From the IMG/VR virus record IMGVR_UViG_3300033120_000845, positions 32,001 through 96,000 of that record: a DNA stretch of 64,000 nucleotides. The stretch is one strand, 5' to 3'. The stretch is from a virus. Its lineage: Duplodnaviria; Caudoviricetes. Positions 7,563-18,099 of the stretch are shown piece by piece (the first letter of the stretch is position 1; each line of letters begins with the position of its first letter). Made by a program: the position numbers and the translations under genes. The notes beneath the pieces were generated by a model. That model was not told the DNA's origin. It did no database searches and worked only from the letters and a program-made list of their open reading frames with translations.

Positions 7563-10391
7563 ATGAGTAATTACGAAGGCTTTCACGCTTTTCAGAACGG
7601 TTTAAGCACCGCCACAGCTCTATCAGGATTACGACCACCAACGGCAATAGAAGACTCAAAGAAAAATAAACATTGGCGAAAAGCTACAATGGATTTCTTT
7701 GAAAGGTATGGTGTTCGTCAATTGCAGAAAAACCTAAGATTTAGAGAATATCGAAAAATGGTTGATGGACAATTCACCTATATCGGAACAGGTATGGGGG
7801 AGTTTCAAGAGATGCCTTGGTTCGACAATGAAATCAGAAAATTACGTGAAGATAAGGGTATCCCAACTTACGTAAAACATTTTGATTTCATAGGTATTGT
7901 TTGTAACGCCCTTTTAGGTGTTTATGACGAATTCTTAGACATGTTTGAGATAGACTCTACGGATGAATATGCCACTAATGAGTTTATAAGAATGAAGACA
8001 GAGATGATGCACCAATCTGCTTCACAAGTATTCCAAGAAGAGCTTCAAAGAATGCTTATGATGAGAGGTGTTGATGTTAATAAAAAAGATTTTCAGTCTG
8101 AGGAAGAAGCACAACAATACCAACAGTATGTTGCCGAACAATCAAAAGCATTAACACCTGAAGAAATAGAGGTAAGTCTTTCTAAAAACTTCAAAGTCTT
8201 AGCTGTGGAATGGGCGCAAAATACTATAACAACAGATAGAACGGAATTCCGCATAGATGAATTAGACAGAGAAAACTTCTTAGACTATTTATTAACAGGA
8301 AGATACTTTAAACATTTTCGAGTGGGCTATGATTCATACTCTGTCGAAAGATGGTCTCCTGAAGAAACATTCTTTTCTCAAGATGTAGAAGCAAAATATC
8401 CACAAGAAGGAGAGTTTATAGGTCGAATAAGAAATTTATCGCCTGACTCTATTTTAAATATTTACGGGCACTTATTAACTGCCAAAGAACAAGAACAAAT
8501 TTCAAATTATTGGAATCAGAGCTTGTATTATAGAAGTAGCAGTTCTATGAACGCAGGGGCTTTAACAAATACGCTATTTCCTGAAGCAAGAACAGTTCCG
8601 TTTCAAAATTATTATACTCACGATTTAATGACTCAATATGAGGATGCTTTAGGAGAACCTATGGCTATGCGTACTTTGAGAAATAAAGAAGGAGATGAAT
8701 ACACAATTGAAGATTGGATGCCTCGTTATTACGCAAACACCAATCCTCTAAACACAAATGTTTTCGCAAAATATTTAAGAAACGATATTGAAGTAAGACA
8801 GGATACTATTCAAGTCACCGAAGTGTATTTTAGAAACTATAAACGAATGGGACTCTTAACTTATGAAAATGAGATTGGAGCTATTGCACAAGTTTTAGTT
8901 ACGGACGATTTACTGAGTGGTTTTTTAACAGAAAATGAAATTGAAAAAATTAAAGACGTTTCATTAGAAGAAGTTAAAATCGCTACAGACCAAAATAGAC
9001 TTTCAGAATATGTAAATACAATTGTTTATACGTATCACCCTGAAGTTTGGAAAGGTGTAAAAATCAGAGGAAATAAAGCAGTACTTAAAAATGACCTTTA
9101 TTTAGACATCAGACCTTTAGATTTTCAAATTAAAGGCAGTAGAAGTAAAACTTATGATTTTCAATTACCTGTTGCAGGAATTATTACAACCTCTCCTGTC
9201 GCACAAAGATTAGAGCCATATCAGATTCTTCATAATATTTCCATGAATCAAATCACAGAATTATTAGAAAAAGAATTAGGGGTATTCTTTACATTTGATA
9301 TTTTATATCTTCCATCAGAATATAAAGACATGGATACTGAACAAGCTATCCTTGAAATGAGAGATATGATTAGAGATATTGGTTTAATGCCAATTGACAT
9401 GTCAAAACAAAATACAGCAGGAAATCAACCACTTGTAAATAGTTTCCAAAGACAAGATGTAACATTTGCTTCACAAGTACAGTATAGACAAGCTCTTGCG
9501 CAATATTACAAAATGGAAGGGCTTTCTCAAATTGGAATTACACCTCAATTATTAGGGCAAGCAAATACCTATGTAACTTCTGAAGGTGTTAAACAAGGTG
9601 CACAAGCGTCTTATGCATTATTAGCTCCAATCTTTGAAAAATTCAATACAGCGAAAGCTAAAGAAATGGAAGTTCATATTGCGGTGGCTCAATATTGCCA
9701 ATCATCAGGTAAAGACCAAACTGTTTTATATAGAAAAGGAGATGGTGAATTAAGTTTCCTTAATATTATGGTAGAGGACGGTGAACTATTTCCTCTTAGA
9801 CACTTAGGAGTTGCGCCAAAAACAAATGCAAAAGACAGAAAGATTTTAGAGACAGTTAGAAATCTAATGTTAAATGATAATACAATGCAACGTGACTTAA
9901 AAGACGTTATAGATGTATTAACTAATCCAAATCTTTTAGAGGTTAAAGATGCCGCGCAAAGAAATAGAATAAGACATCAAAAAGAAACAGAAGCACAAAG
10001 ACAGCATGAATCAGAAATGGCTGATAAACAAATTCAAGCTAATCAAGCAAGTATTCAAGAGCAAAGACAATTTGATTTATTAAAACAGAAAAATCAATTG
10101 GATTCTAATGAAAAGATTGCTTACATGAGCGGTATGGCTAAAGCTGTTGATACAAATGCTACAATAGACGAATTAAATCTGTATAAAACAGAGATGAGTG
10201 GCTTCCTATCTAAGACCAAAATGGATGCTGACATTGAACATAAGCAAAATGTATTAGAACAAAAGACTCAAAACGACATAGAGAAGAACAAAGCAACAAT
10301 ACAACAGTTAGGACTTAAAGCAAGAGAAATCTCAGTGAGAGAGCGTGAAGCAGAGAATAAAAGATTTGGAGATATAATTAATAAAAATTAG
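7563..10391 (+). CDS. portal protein
   Basis: 942 aa following TerL; crAss-like portal features (KHFDFIG, LEPYQILHNI, IGITPQLLG, C-terminal coiled coil). Confidence 0.85.
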   Translation: MSNYEGFHAFQNGLSTATALSGLRPPTAIEDSKKNKHWRKATMDFFERYGVRQLQKNLRFREYRKMVDGQFTYIGTGMGEFQEMPWFDNEIRKLREDKGIPTYVKHFDFIGIVCNALLGVYDEFLDMFEIDSTDEYATNEFIRMKTEMMHQSASQVFQEELQRMLMMRGVDVNKKDFQSEEEAQQYQQYVAEQSKALTPEEIEVSLSKNFKVLAVEWAQNTITTDRTEFRIDELDRENFLDYLLTGRYFKHFRVGYDSYSVERWSPEETFFSQDVEAKYPQEGEFIGRIRNLSPDSILNIYGHLLTAKEQEQISNYWNQSLYYRSSSSMNAGALTNTLFPEARTVPFQNYYTHDLMTQYEDALGEPMAMRTLRNKEGDEYTIEDWMPRYYANTNPLNTNVFAKYLRNDIEVRQDTIQVTEVYFRNYKRMGLLTYENEIGAIAQVLVTDDLLSGFLTENEIEKIKDVSLEEVKIATDQNRLSEYVNTIVYTYHPEVWKGVKIRGNKAVLKNDLYLDIRPLDFQIKGSRSKTYDFQLPVAGIITTSPVAQRLEPYQILHNISMNQITELLEKELGVFFTFDILYLPSEYKDMDTEQAILEMRDMIRDIGLMPIDMSKQNTAGNQPLVNSFQRQDVTFASQVQYRQALAQYYKMEGLSQIGITPQLLGQANTYVTSEGVKQGAQASYALLAPIFEKFNTAKAKEMEVHIAVAQYCQSSGKDQTVLYRKGDGELSFLNIMVEDGELFPLRHLGVAPKTNAKDRKILETVRNLMLNDNTMQRDLKDVIDVLTNPNLLEVKDAAQRNRIRHQKETEAQRQHESEMADKQIQANQASIQEQRQFDLLKQKNQLDSNEKIAYMSGMAKAVDTNATIDELNLYKTEMSGFLSKTKMDADIEHKQNVLEQKTQNDIEKNKATIQQLGLKAREISVREREAENKRFGDIINKN

Positions 10392-10415
10392 TAAATCTTC
10401 TAATCATTATAAAAT

Positions 10416-10477
10416 CAGCTAACCAATTGCTTACAAACTAACCAATTTTGAATATTAAAAATAAACCAATAAATTTG
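10416..10477 (+). promoter_or_regulatory. phage late-type promoter with tandem motif
   Basis: CAGCTAACCAATTG (10416-10429), AAACTAACCAATTTT (10435-10449) and TAAATTTG (10470-10477). Confidence 0.75.
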
Positions 10478-10487
10478 CACTAGAAAA

Positions 10488-11627
10488 ATGAATAACACCC
10501 AAGATTTTTCAACGGGAGATGACCTACTTAACTTTTTAGGTCAAGCCCCAAAAGAAACTACAAACGAGTTAGAAAACTTATTACAGACTCCTCCAAAATC
10601 AGAAGAAACTCCAAAAGAAGTTATTGAAGATAAGAAAGACGAAGTAGTAGTTGAAACTCCACCTCAAGTTCAAGCAGAAGGTCTTAAAGACATCGCAGAC
10701 ATATTACCGACACAACCACAAACAAACGCCGCAAAAAACGATTTGGTTAAAAGGTATTTAGAGGATGGATATTGGCAAGATGTAACAGTACAGATTCAAA
10801 CAGAAGAAGGATTAAAAGAAGTACCCTTGTCTGAAATGGATAATGTAGATGATGAAACCTTTTTACAATTAAAAGAGGCGCAGGATAAATTAAGAACAGA
10901 AGAATTCGACCAAAAATTCATTAGTAAAGAAGGACTTGATGAAAAGACTTTAAAACTAATTGAGATTGCAAGAAACGGAAGATTCGATGAAATCCAAGAT
11001 TTACTAAAAATTCAGGCAGAAATTGTTCACCCATTACAAGGATTGGACACATCTGATGAAAAAGTACAAGAATGGATTGTAGCGCAAACTTTAAAAAATC
11101 AAGGACTTGATGACGTTGTAATTTCTAATACAATTAAACAATACAAAGAAAATTTAGTCTTAGACCAAAAAGCCGAAGCAGTTGTACAGCAAATTGATAG
11201 AATGTATAATGAGCAGGTTGACAACAAACTTAAAGAAGTTGAAGATTCTAAGATTAAAGAAAAAGAAAATCAGAAACTGTTTAAAAAATCAGTATCTGAC
11301 GAATACAAAAAATTAGGCATTAAAGAAACACTACAAAAATCTTTAATTGAAAGTGCCACCAAGTATGACGAGTTCGGTCTGTCACAAACAGACAAATTAT
11401 ATTTTGAAGCGAAGAAAGACCCGCAATTTTTCGCAGATTTAAATTTCTTTTTAAATAACAGAGATGCATACAACGAATTTAAAGGAGTTAAGATAGCCAA
11501 CGAGGTAAATAAAAGAAATTTTATCACTATTGTTAAGTCCGATAAAAAAGTTGCATCTACTCTTGTTGAAACAAAAAAAGATGATAGTAAAGAGAACCCG
11601 TTGAATAGATTTTTAAACACTAATTAA
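10488..11627 (+). CDS. putative capsid scaffolding/assembly protein
   Basis: Acidic, low-complexity N-terminus and helical body; between portal and MCP as in crAss-like phages. Confidence 0.6.
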   Translation: MNNTQDFSTGDDLLNFLGQAPKETTNELENLLQTPPKSEETPKEVIEDKKDEVVVETPPQVQAEGLKDIADILPTQPQTNAAKNDLVKRYLEDGYWQDVTVQIQTEEGLKEVPLSEMDNVDDETFLQLKEAQDKLRTEEFDQKFISKEGLDEKTLKLIEIARNGRFDEIQDLLKIQAEIVHPLQGLDTSDEKVQEWIVAQTLKNQGLDDVVISNTIKQYKENLVLDQKAEAVVQQIDRMYNEQVDNKLKEVEDSKIKEKENQKLFKKSVSDEYKKLGIKETLQKSLIESATKYDEFGLSQTDKLYFEAKKDPQFFADLNFFLNNRDAYNEFKGVKIANEVNKRNFITIVKSDKKVASTLVETKKDDSKENPLNRFLNTN

Positions 11628-11650
11628 CATTAAACAAAAAATAACAAACA

Positions 11651-13357
11651 ATGAGTTTTTATAATCAAGGAGTACCTATGGTACGCAATAATGACCAAGT
11701 AATTGGCTTTGCTACTACGAAGAGTTTTCAGGACGTAGCAAAGGGAGGTTACATTGATTACACCTCGTTACAGTCTTGGTACGAAGAAGACCCTTTAAAA
11801 AACCACATGAGATTACAACCGTTTTTCGGACACCAATCTCAAGTTAAATATCCTATTTTTGAAGATATATTGCAAAACAATGCAATCTTAGAGGTAAATG
11901 GTTGGGAAGGTTCTTTCACTTATGATTTACCAATTGAAACAGATAATAGTGTCAAAACTATTGGTGATACTTCTTATCAAGAATATGCGGGAGCAGATAA
12001 TACACTATTTGAAATCATTTTAAATTATGAGTTTGCGCCGGGTACATCTTTAACTTGTGACGGACTTTACGGAGATACAATCGTTATAGATGATTCTCGT
12101 CCTGTTGAAGACGTTGGTGAAGGTTTTAAACATTGGGTTACTTTATTAACAAATGATGCTAATAAAACATACCCTAATTTCTTACTAAAGAAAAACGTTC
12201 AATACTTTGAAACAGGTCATGGAACATCTGAGTATGGTGAAAAATTTGCTATCACTCATATGCCAAAAGGAAGTTCTTATATGACTTTAGAATTCCGTTT
12301 AGGTTCTGTACAAGGAGCTGAAAGTTACATAACAGGAAAAGCCGACTCAGTTAACTTAGGTGGTGGTGTTGCAGCAACTAAAGACTACTTAGGAGAAATT
12401 GAAAGTTTCTATAAAGGAGGTAAAGAAATGGTAATCATCGGACAAAACGATGGTACAGGAAAAATGTCTTCAGGAGCTAAAGCAAAAGTTGGTACTATTA
12501 TGGAGTTCCTTACTTTGAAGAAATTTAACGAAAATATGTCAACTTCATTGATGTTCCAAAGAGGTGGTGTAGTTAAAGGTCAAAAAGGAGCTATCCGTTA
12601 CAACGAAGGATTGTGGCATCAAATGAGACGTGGTAAAATTGTTTCTTACGGTAAACGTTACGGAATCACCCGTTCTCACATTAAAGAAGCTGCTGATTAC
12701 GTATTTAGAATCAACCCTAACAAGCGTCCAATTGAGCGTAATATTAAATTCAAGTGTGGTACTGAGGCTTACAACAACATGCTTCAAATCTTTAAAGAAG
12801 AGACACAGGCACAGTTAACAGCTAATGCGGTATTAATCGGAGCACAATCTGTTGCTAACTTGAATCAAAAAATCGTTACAGGAAACGACATTTACAACTT
12901 GACAATGAATCCTGTACGTTTTACAAACGTTTATTTAGATGGAATCGGACACGTAGAAATTGAAGAAGATTACTCTCTAAACTACATGAACGTAACTGAC
13001 CGCCAGTTAGCAGGTATGAACCCTAAAGGATTCGACCACACTACTTACTCTATGATTATTTGGGATGCTTTAGACACTCAATACTCAAACAACCAAGAGA
13101 TGCCAAAAGGTACTCAATTAGTTGACCAAGGTAAGAAAGATGCTAACATCTACTTAGTAATGCCACAAGGAGAGAAAATCTATTGGGGTACTTCTACAGG
13201 ACGTTACGACAACAGAAGAGCTACAGGAATTATGGCTTCTCACAAAACTATGACGCAAGAATTCTTCGTTTACGGTTCGGGAGCTATTTGGATGAAAGAC
13301 CCTTCTAAATTTGTAATGATTGAGTTAGAACCATCTGCACGTAGAGGATTTAACTAA
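11651..13357 (+). CDS. major capsid protein
   Basis: 568 aa; canonical position after portal and scaffold; strong highly-expressed codon bias (AAC, TAC, CGT, ATC); GLWHQMRRG-type motif; followed by GC hairpin. Confidence 0.85.
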   Translation: MSFYNQGVPMVRNNDQVIGFATTKSFQDVAKGGYIDYTSLQSWYEEDPLKNHMRLQPFFGHQSQVKYPIFEDILQNNAILEVNGWEGSFTYDLPIETDNSVKTIGDTSYQEYAGADNTLFEIILNYEFAPGTSLTCDGLYGDTIVIDDSRPVEDVGEGFKHWVTLLTNDANKTYPNFLLKKNVQYFETGHGTSEYGEKFAITHMPKGSSYMTLEFRLGSVQGAESYITGKADSVNLGGGVAATKDYLGEIESFYKGGKEMVIIGQNDGTGKMSSGAKAKVGTIMEFLTLKKFNENMSTSLMFQRGGVVKGQKGAIRYNEGLWHQMRRGKIVSYGKRYGITRSHIKEAADYVFRINPNKRPIERNIKFKCGTEAYNNMLQIFKEETQAQLTANAVLIGAQSVANLNQKIVTGNDIYNLTMNPVRFTNVYLDGIGHVEIEEDYSLNYMNVTDRQLAGMNPKGFDHTTYSMIIWDALDTQYSNNQEMPKGTQLVDQGKKDANIYLVMPQGEKIYWGTSTGRYDNRRATGIMASHKTMTQEFFVYGSGAIWMKDPSKFVMIELEPSARRGFN

Positions 13358-13374
13358 TAAATAAAAGTCTTAAA

Positions 13375-13400
13375 GGGAGGGGGGTGTAATATCCCCTCCT
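13375..13400 (+). terminator. GC hairpin after MCP (terminator or stabiliser)
   Basis: GGAGGGG...CCCCTCC stem with a GTGTAA-containing loop; weak U-tract. Confidence 0.5.
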
Positions 13401-13439
13401 GAGTAGGACAAAACCAAAAAACCAAAAAGAATAACAAAA

Positions 13440-14399
13440 ATGGCAAAAAAAATTAAAGAGGATGAAATTTTAATCAAAGTACAAAATACTATGATTAAGA
13501 TTGGAGATTCCTATGAGGTAGTGGGAAAAATGGACTTAGATGCTCCTGACGAAGCCTTTAAAAAACACAACACAACAAAATATTTAATCAAAGGAATTGG
13601 GGATTCACGCTCTATACCATTTGATGATAAAAGAAATTTATGGGATACAGGATTTGATGTAAGAGACACTTCTAATAGAGATATGAAAGAAGAGGATAAA
13701 GCGTACGTTTCCGCCTATAACAAACATATAAAAGAACCATACGAAGAAAAATATAACGTAAAACTTGATGCCCTCGATAGAAAAGATTCACCTTGGTACG
13801 ATTTGATTATCGACATTCAAAAAGGAAGAATTTTTGACACAACAGATGAAAAAGATAGGCTTCAATTGTTTTTAGCATTGCAACATTATTTTGTTTGTGA
13901 AAAAGATGATAAGTCTTATAAAACAAGAAATGCTAACTACAATATTGTAAATAAAGCTAAATCTATTGATGTTAAAAAAGATAGATATGGTAAAAAATTA
14001 GAAGCAATTACAGTATTTAATAATTTACTAAATTCAGATATAGATACTCTTTATTTAATTTTAGAATGGATTGGATATGGAACTGTAAGAAATACACCTA
14101 AAGAATCTTTAATGCTTCAAGTTATGGAGTCATTCGAGCAGGAAGAGGGATACACTTCAGTTGAAAATTTCTTAGATATTTATAAAATGTCGCAAGATAA
14201 AACAAGAAAAGAAGAGTTAGATTTGTTCTCTTATTTGAATCAACTTAGATACACAAATAGGTTGAAATATGAAAGAAGAGAGTTCTTATTAGACGGCGAA
14301 GTAATTGGAAACAGTTTAAAAGATGCCGCGAAAAGAGCTTTAGCAAATCCTGAATTAAAAAGTAAGATTATCAATATAGCAGCAGACGTTTTAAAATAA
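13440..14399 (+). CDS. conserved crAss-like virion-module protein downstream of MCP
   Basis: 319 aa; synteny MCP - this gene - ring protein - auxiliary capsid protein. Confidence 0.6.
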   Translation: MAKKIKEDEILIKVQNTMIKIGDSYEVVGKMDLDAPDEAFKKHNTTKYLIKGIGDSRSIPFDDKRNLWDTGFDVRDTSNRDMKEEDKAYVSAYNKHIKEPYEEKYNVKLDALDRKDSPWYDLIIDIQKGRIFDTTDEKDRLQLFLALQHYFVCEKDDKSYKTRNANYNIVNKAKSIDVKKDRYGKKLEAITVFNNLLNSDIDTLYLILEWIGYGTVRNTPKESLMLQVMESFEQEEGYTSVENFLDIYKMSQDKTRKEELDLFSYLNQLRYTNRLKYERREFLLDGEVIGNSLKDAAKRALANPELKSKIINIAADVLK

Positions 14400-14406
14400 A
14401 TAAACA

Positions 14407-15072
14407 ATGTTAGTAGAAGAAGCATATATAAATTATCTGTCAAAAGTTGAAGAAAACTCTACAAACGACAATATCTCAACAGATAAGCAGAGATTTGTAT
14501 TACTTTTCAACGAAAATCAAAATAAATTTATAGAAGGATTATTAGATAGAAGAGGGGATGACGACATTAGATATATTCAAAAGTTTTTAGTCCCCGATTC
14601 AAATCTAACCTTTAAAAATAAAAAAGAGAATAGATATAATTTCAATCTTCCAGAAGATTATTTAGACTTATCAAGTTGTTTTGCAATGGGGTCTAAGGGT
14701 ACATGTACAAATCAAAGGATAGATTTATATGAAATAAAATCAGAAAATCTTGTACAAGTGTTACAGGATAGTTTTCAAAAACCCTCTTTTGAATGGAGAG
14801 AATCTCCTTACTTAGTCAATTCGGATTTAGTAGCAGTTTTTGTAGATGAATTTAAAATCGACAAAGTGTTACTTAGTTATTATAGATATCCACAATATAT
14901 TAGATTAGTTAGTCCTGATGACCCTGAGAGTCAATTTGACGAAACTTTTAAAATTGAGTGGGATGATAAAGCTACAAATCGTATTATTTCAGCTTGTGCG
15001 GGCGAGTTCGATATAAACGAGATGAGTCCTCGTTGGCAGTTACAAAAACAAAGAGTTACAAACAAAAATTAA
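14407..15072 (+). CDS. head-tail connector/tail ring protein
   Basis: FNENQNKF, FNLPEDYL and LSYYRYP motifs typical of P22 gp4-like ring proteins. Confidence 0.65.
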   Translation: MLVEEAYINYLSKVEENSTNDNISTDKQRFVLLFNENQNKFIEGLLDRRGDDDIRYIQKFLVPDSNLTFKNKKENRYNFNLPEDYLDLSSCFAMGSKGTCTNQRIDLYEIKSENLVQVLQDSFQKPSFEWRESPYLVNSDLVAVFVDEFKIDKVLLSYYRYPQYIRLVSPDDPESQFDETFKIEWDDKATNRIISACAGEFDINEMSPRWQLQKQRVTNKN

Positions 15073-15103
15073 AATTTAATAAACAATAAAATAATTAAAA
15101 AAG

Positions 15104-17344
15104 ATGAGTGGAATTCACAGTCCTATTAGTAGAGACTTCTTTACATTAAACGGTGCGGTTCGTACTTCAGGTGGTTCTAAGAACTTAGCTAAAGGAGAAT
15201 TTGCCGTGGTAAATAAAAACAAACCTACAGCAGATGGTGCTGCCGTTATTGGTAGTTTCGCAGGTTTACCAAAATCTACTGTATATGAGCTACGATTAGG
15301 AAAATCACCTGTAGCAGAAGTAAGAAGTGGGGATACATCAAATCCTTATGCATCTCATACATTTACAATTGAGGATGTAAAAGACATTAGAGTTTCTGCA
15401 CCAAAAGTAAAAAATCAAAAATTCGATAGTTATATTATTGGATATGATGGAATTAACGCAGATTCTGCAATTGTAGTTAATGAAGGAGCATCAACAGTTA
15501 TTGATTTAGTTCTTTATGGAGATGCAATTCGTTGGATTAACCCTGCTGATAAATACGGAGAATATAAAGTAAAACTTCACTTTAACAAAGAAGTTGGACA
15601 AACTGACCAAGAAGTAGTTAGAGCTGCGGTTAAAAGATTGCAAGCTGAGAGATTTCCAACACAAGTTCCTTTAACAGACTTTGTAGACATTAAATTAGTT
15701 GATAGTTCACATACAGCAGATTCAGGAACATTATACAATTTCTCAACGTTAACTTTAACTGACGCAGGAGATTCTAATTCATTAGCATTAGTTCAAGCTC
15801 AATATCCAACATATAAAGTACAAAGAACAGGTAGAGTAGGTTTAGTATCTACTTACAGCATCTTAGCTCCTGCTTCAGTATCTTTATCGGCTTATTCAGT
15901 TTCTATTCCTTCTTACATTAAAGATTGTGCAGACTGTTTAGCAGGATATAGTGCACTTACAGGAGGAGTAGTTTACTCAGTATCTATTGAAGATGACGGT
16001 GTAGATTTAACAACCACTGTAGATGACCTTCCGGGATTTGTAACAGGTTCGGCAGTAAAAATTGGACAAGACGTTAATAACAACGGTAGAGGATTATATT
16101 CTTTAGTTTTAGACAATGCTTTAACAGATGCTGAAATTACAACTTTCTTAACAGCTTCGGCGGTAAAAGGAACAGCAACAATTAAGTTTGTTGGAACAGT
16201 TGAGGCAGTTTGTTCAAACGCTACAACTACAAAAACTGCTTGGGTAACTGATAATACTTGTTATGCTTCAATTGAGCAATATAAAATTCAATTGAAAGAT
16301 ACAGATTGTGATGGAAGTCAGCTTACTAAATTACAAGCAGCTTATCCTCAATTAACAATTGAAGAAGGAGTACCTGATGGAACAGCTACTCAAACAATTA
16401 CATTATCAGGTGTTTCAGGAAATGCTTCAGTTATCATTAATGGTGTAACTTATACAACAGCGTTCAACGCAGATTTAACAACTACGGCAGCAGATTTCGT
16501 AACAGCACATGCATCAGCTATTTTAGCAGACACAGGAATTGTAGTTACTTCAGCTTTAGCAGTTATCACTTTAACAGGTGATGCAGTAGGCTTCCCATCA
16601 GTGGTAGCAGTAGCGGGAGGTTTAACAGAAGCGGTTTCAGCTTTAGACTTAGTAACAGATGCATCAACAGGGGGATGTCAGAGAGTATATTCAACTTCTG
16701 TAGTAACAGATGTAATGTGCGCAGATTGTGACCCAATCTTCACTTCATTATGGACAGCTACAGCACCTGCCGATTATGATTTTATTCCTTGGACTAAAGT
16801 AGTACCAGCTTCTGATGCAACAGCTAAAATGGGTATCTTAATTACAGGTAAACCTTTTATCTTAGACCCTGCTGAAGCGTTGCGTGACCAAATGCCTTTC
16901 ATGGAAACTTCTGTAAGATTTAAAATTGCAGGTGGTTATATTGAAGAGCCTAACTGGTCTAACGAGCCTGTTTACGATAATGGATTGTTTAAAGTAAAAC
17001 AATTATCTCGTGCGGAAGATAGAGACCACTTAGGAGGACATCTAAGATATAGAGAAGACATGTCAATGGTTTATTTCAATGGTATTCCACGTCACAGAAA
17101 CAACTTAGTTGCTAAAGCAGTTTTAGGTGAAGAGTCTGTATTGGATGCAAGAAAACAATATGTAGATTATACAATTGTAATCAAAGACAATAAGTACTCT
17201 CAAGGTGTTGGTAAATCTTCTGATATGGGTATCGCTTATATTGTTCACGCGGAAGTAGGTAAACATACAGCTATTGAAGCATTGATTAACAAAGTTGCAG
17301 CGAAAGCAGGTTTGGACGCAGTTCAGGCATTCGCAAACGTTTAA
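15104..17344 (+). CDS. auxiliary capsid (decoration) protein
   Basis: 746 aa, Ala/Thr/Val rich with highly-expressed codon bias; crAss-like synteny; C-terminal YVDYTI..KD motif. Confidence 0.65.
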   Translation: MSGIHSPISRDFFTLNGAVRTSGGSKNLAKGEFAVVNKNKPTADGAAVIGSFAGLPKSTVYELRLGKSPVAEVRSGDTSNPYASHTFTIEDVKDIRVSAPKVKNQKFDSYIIGYDGINADSAIVVNEGASTVIDLVLYGDAIRWINPADKYGEYKVKLHFNKEVGQTDQEVVRAAVKRLQAERFPTQVPLTDFVDIKLVDSSHTADSGTLYNFSTLTLTDAGDSNSLALVQAQYPTYKVQRTGRVGLVSTYSILAPASVSLSAYSVSIPSYIKDCADCLAGYSALTGGVVYSVSIEDDGVDLTTTVDDLPGFVTGSAVKIGQDVNNNGRGLYSLVLDNALTDAEITTFLTASAVKGTATIKFVGTVEAVCSNATTTKTAWVTDNTCYASIEQYKIQLKDTDCDGSQLTKLQAAYPQLTIEEGVPDGTATQTITLSGVSGNASVIINGVTYTTAFNADLTTTAADFVTAHASAILADTGIVVTSALAVITLTGDAVGFPSVVAVAGGLTEAVSALDLVTDASTGGCQRVYSTSVVTDVMCADCDPIFTSLWTATAPADYDFIPWTKVVPASDATAKMGILITGKPFILDPAEALRDQMPFMETSVRFKIAGGYIEEPNWSNEPVYDNGLFKVKQLSRAEDRDHLGGHLRYREDMSMVYFNGIPRHRNNLVAKAVLGEESVLDARKQYVDYTIVIKDNKYSQGVGKSSDMGIAYIVHAEVGKHTAIEALINKVAAKAGLDAVQAFANV

Positions 17345-17356
17345 CATTAAAAATAT

Positions 17357-17386
17357 GGGAGGGTGTAAAAATCCCTCCCTACTTTT
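17357..17386 (+). terminator. intrinsic terminator
   Basis: GGGAGGG-TGTAAAAAT-CCCTCCC then TACTTTT. Confidence 0.6.
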
Positions 17387-17404
17387 AAAATATGAAACCA
17401 AAAC

Positions 17405-17911
17405 ATGTCGGAACAACACCGCGAACCCCAAAACCTAAGAAACCAAAAAAATAAGATAATATTAATAATTACTTTTTTAATAGCCATTGTCGGGTATTCT
17501 TTATGGGAACATCTACAACAACTATTAGAAATGTTTTTAACGAAAGAAGAAGCTGAAATAAAAGCAGTAAATTTCTTTTTCTTATGTATAGAGCTTGCTT
17601 TTGTAGGATATACATTTGTAATAAAAGAATTGATTAAAAATGACGAAGATAAATATTTCAAATACATTTCTGAATTTATATTCTGCACTACTGTCGCAAC
17701 AGTTATTGACAGGATTTTTGGAGACCCTTATACTGTTTCTTTCTATGATTACCTTATATTTTTCATAAATATATTATTAACCTTCAGATGGAAGATTATA
17801 GAATTACTACATTGGAACAAAAGATTGATAATTTTGAGGAAAAAATTGACAACTTTGAAGATAAAATTGACAGTCTTGAAATTAAACTTGATAAGATACT
17901 TTTCTACATGA
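17405..17911 (+). CDS. multi-pass membrane protein (lysis cassette?)
   Basis: 3-4 hydrophobic segments; overlaps next gene by 124 nt. Confidence 0.55.
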   Translation: MSEQHREPQNLRNQKNKIILIITFLIAIVGYSLWEHLQQLLEMFLTKEEAEIKAVNFFFLCIELAFVGYTFVIKELIKNDEDKYFKYISEFIFCTTVATVIDRIFGDPYTVSFYDYLIFFINILLTFRWKIIELLHWNKRLIILRKKLTTLKIKLTVLKLNLIRYFST

Positions 17912-18099
17912 ACAATGACCCACAAACGGGTAAAAAAGGCGTAATAGCTGAAATGGAAGATTTAAAGAAAACTATTTCAGAATTACTTACTCGCGAAAAA
18001 GTATATCAAGCAAAGGCGAGTGTATACGGAGTAGTTGGAGGTGCATTAGTTATAGTAGCAGGTAAAGTCATAGCGTTTTTAATACCCTTTATAAAATGA
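17788..18099 (+). CDS. coiled-coil protein with C-terminal TM helix (holin/antiholin-like)
   Basis: Heptads IDNFEEK/IDNFEDK/IDSLEIK; TM VYGVVGGALVIVAGKVIAFLIPF. Confidence 0.6.
   Translation: MEDYRITTLEQKIDNFEEKIDNFEDKIDSLEIKLDKILFYMNNDPQTGKKGVIAEMEDLKKTISELLTREKVYQAKASVYGVVGGALVIVAGKVIAFLIPFIK

Noticed and set aside
4877-13357. Introns or inteins in terL, portal or MCP
   Set aside because: ORFs are uninterrupted, with no intein C/S...HN-C/S/T boundaries or LAGLIDADG blocks evident.
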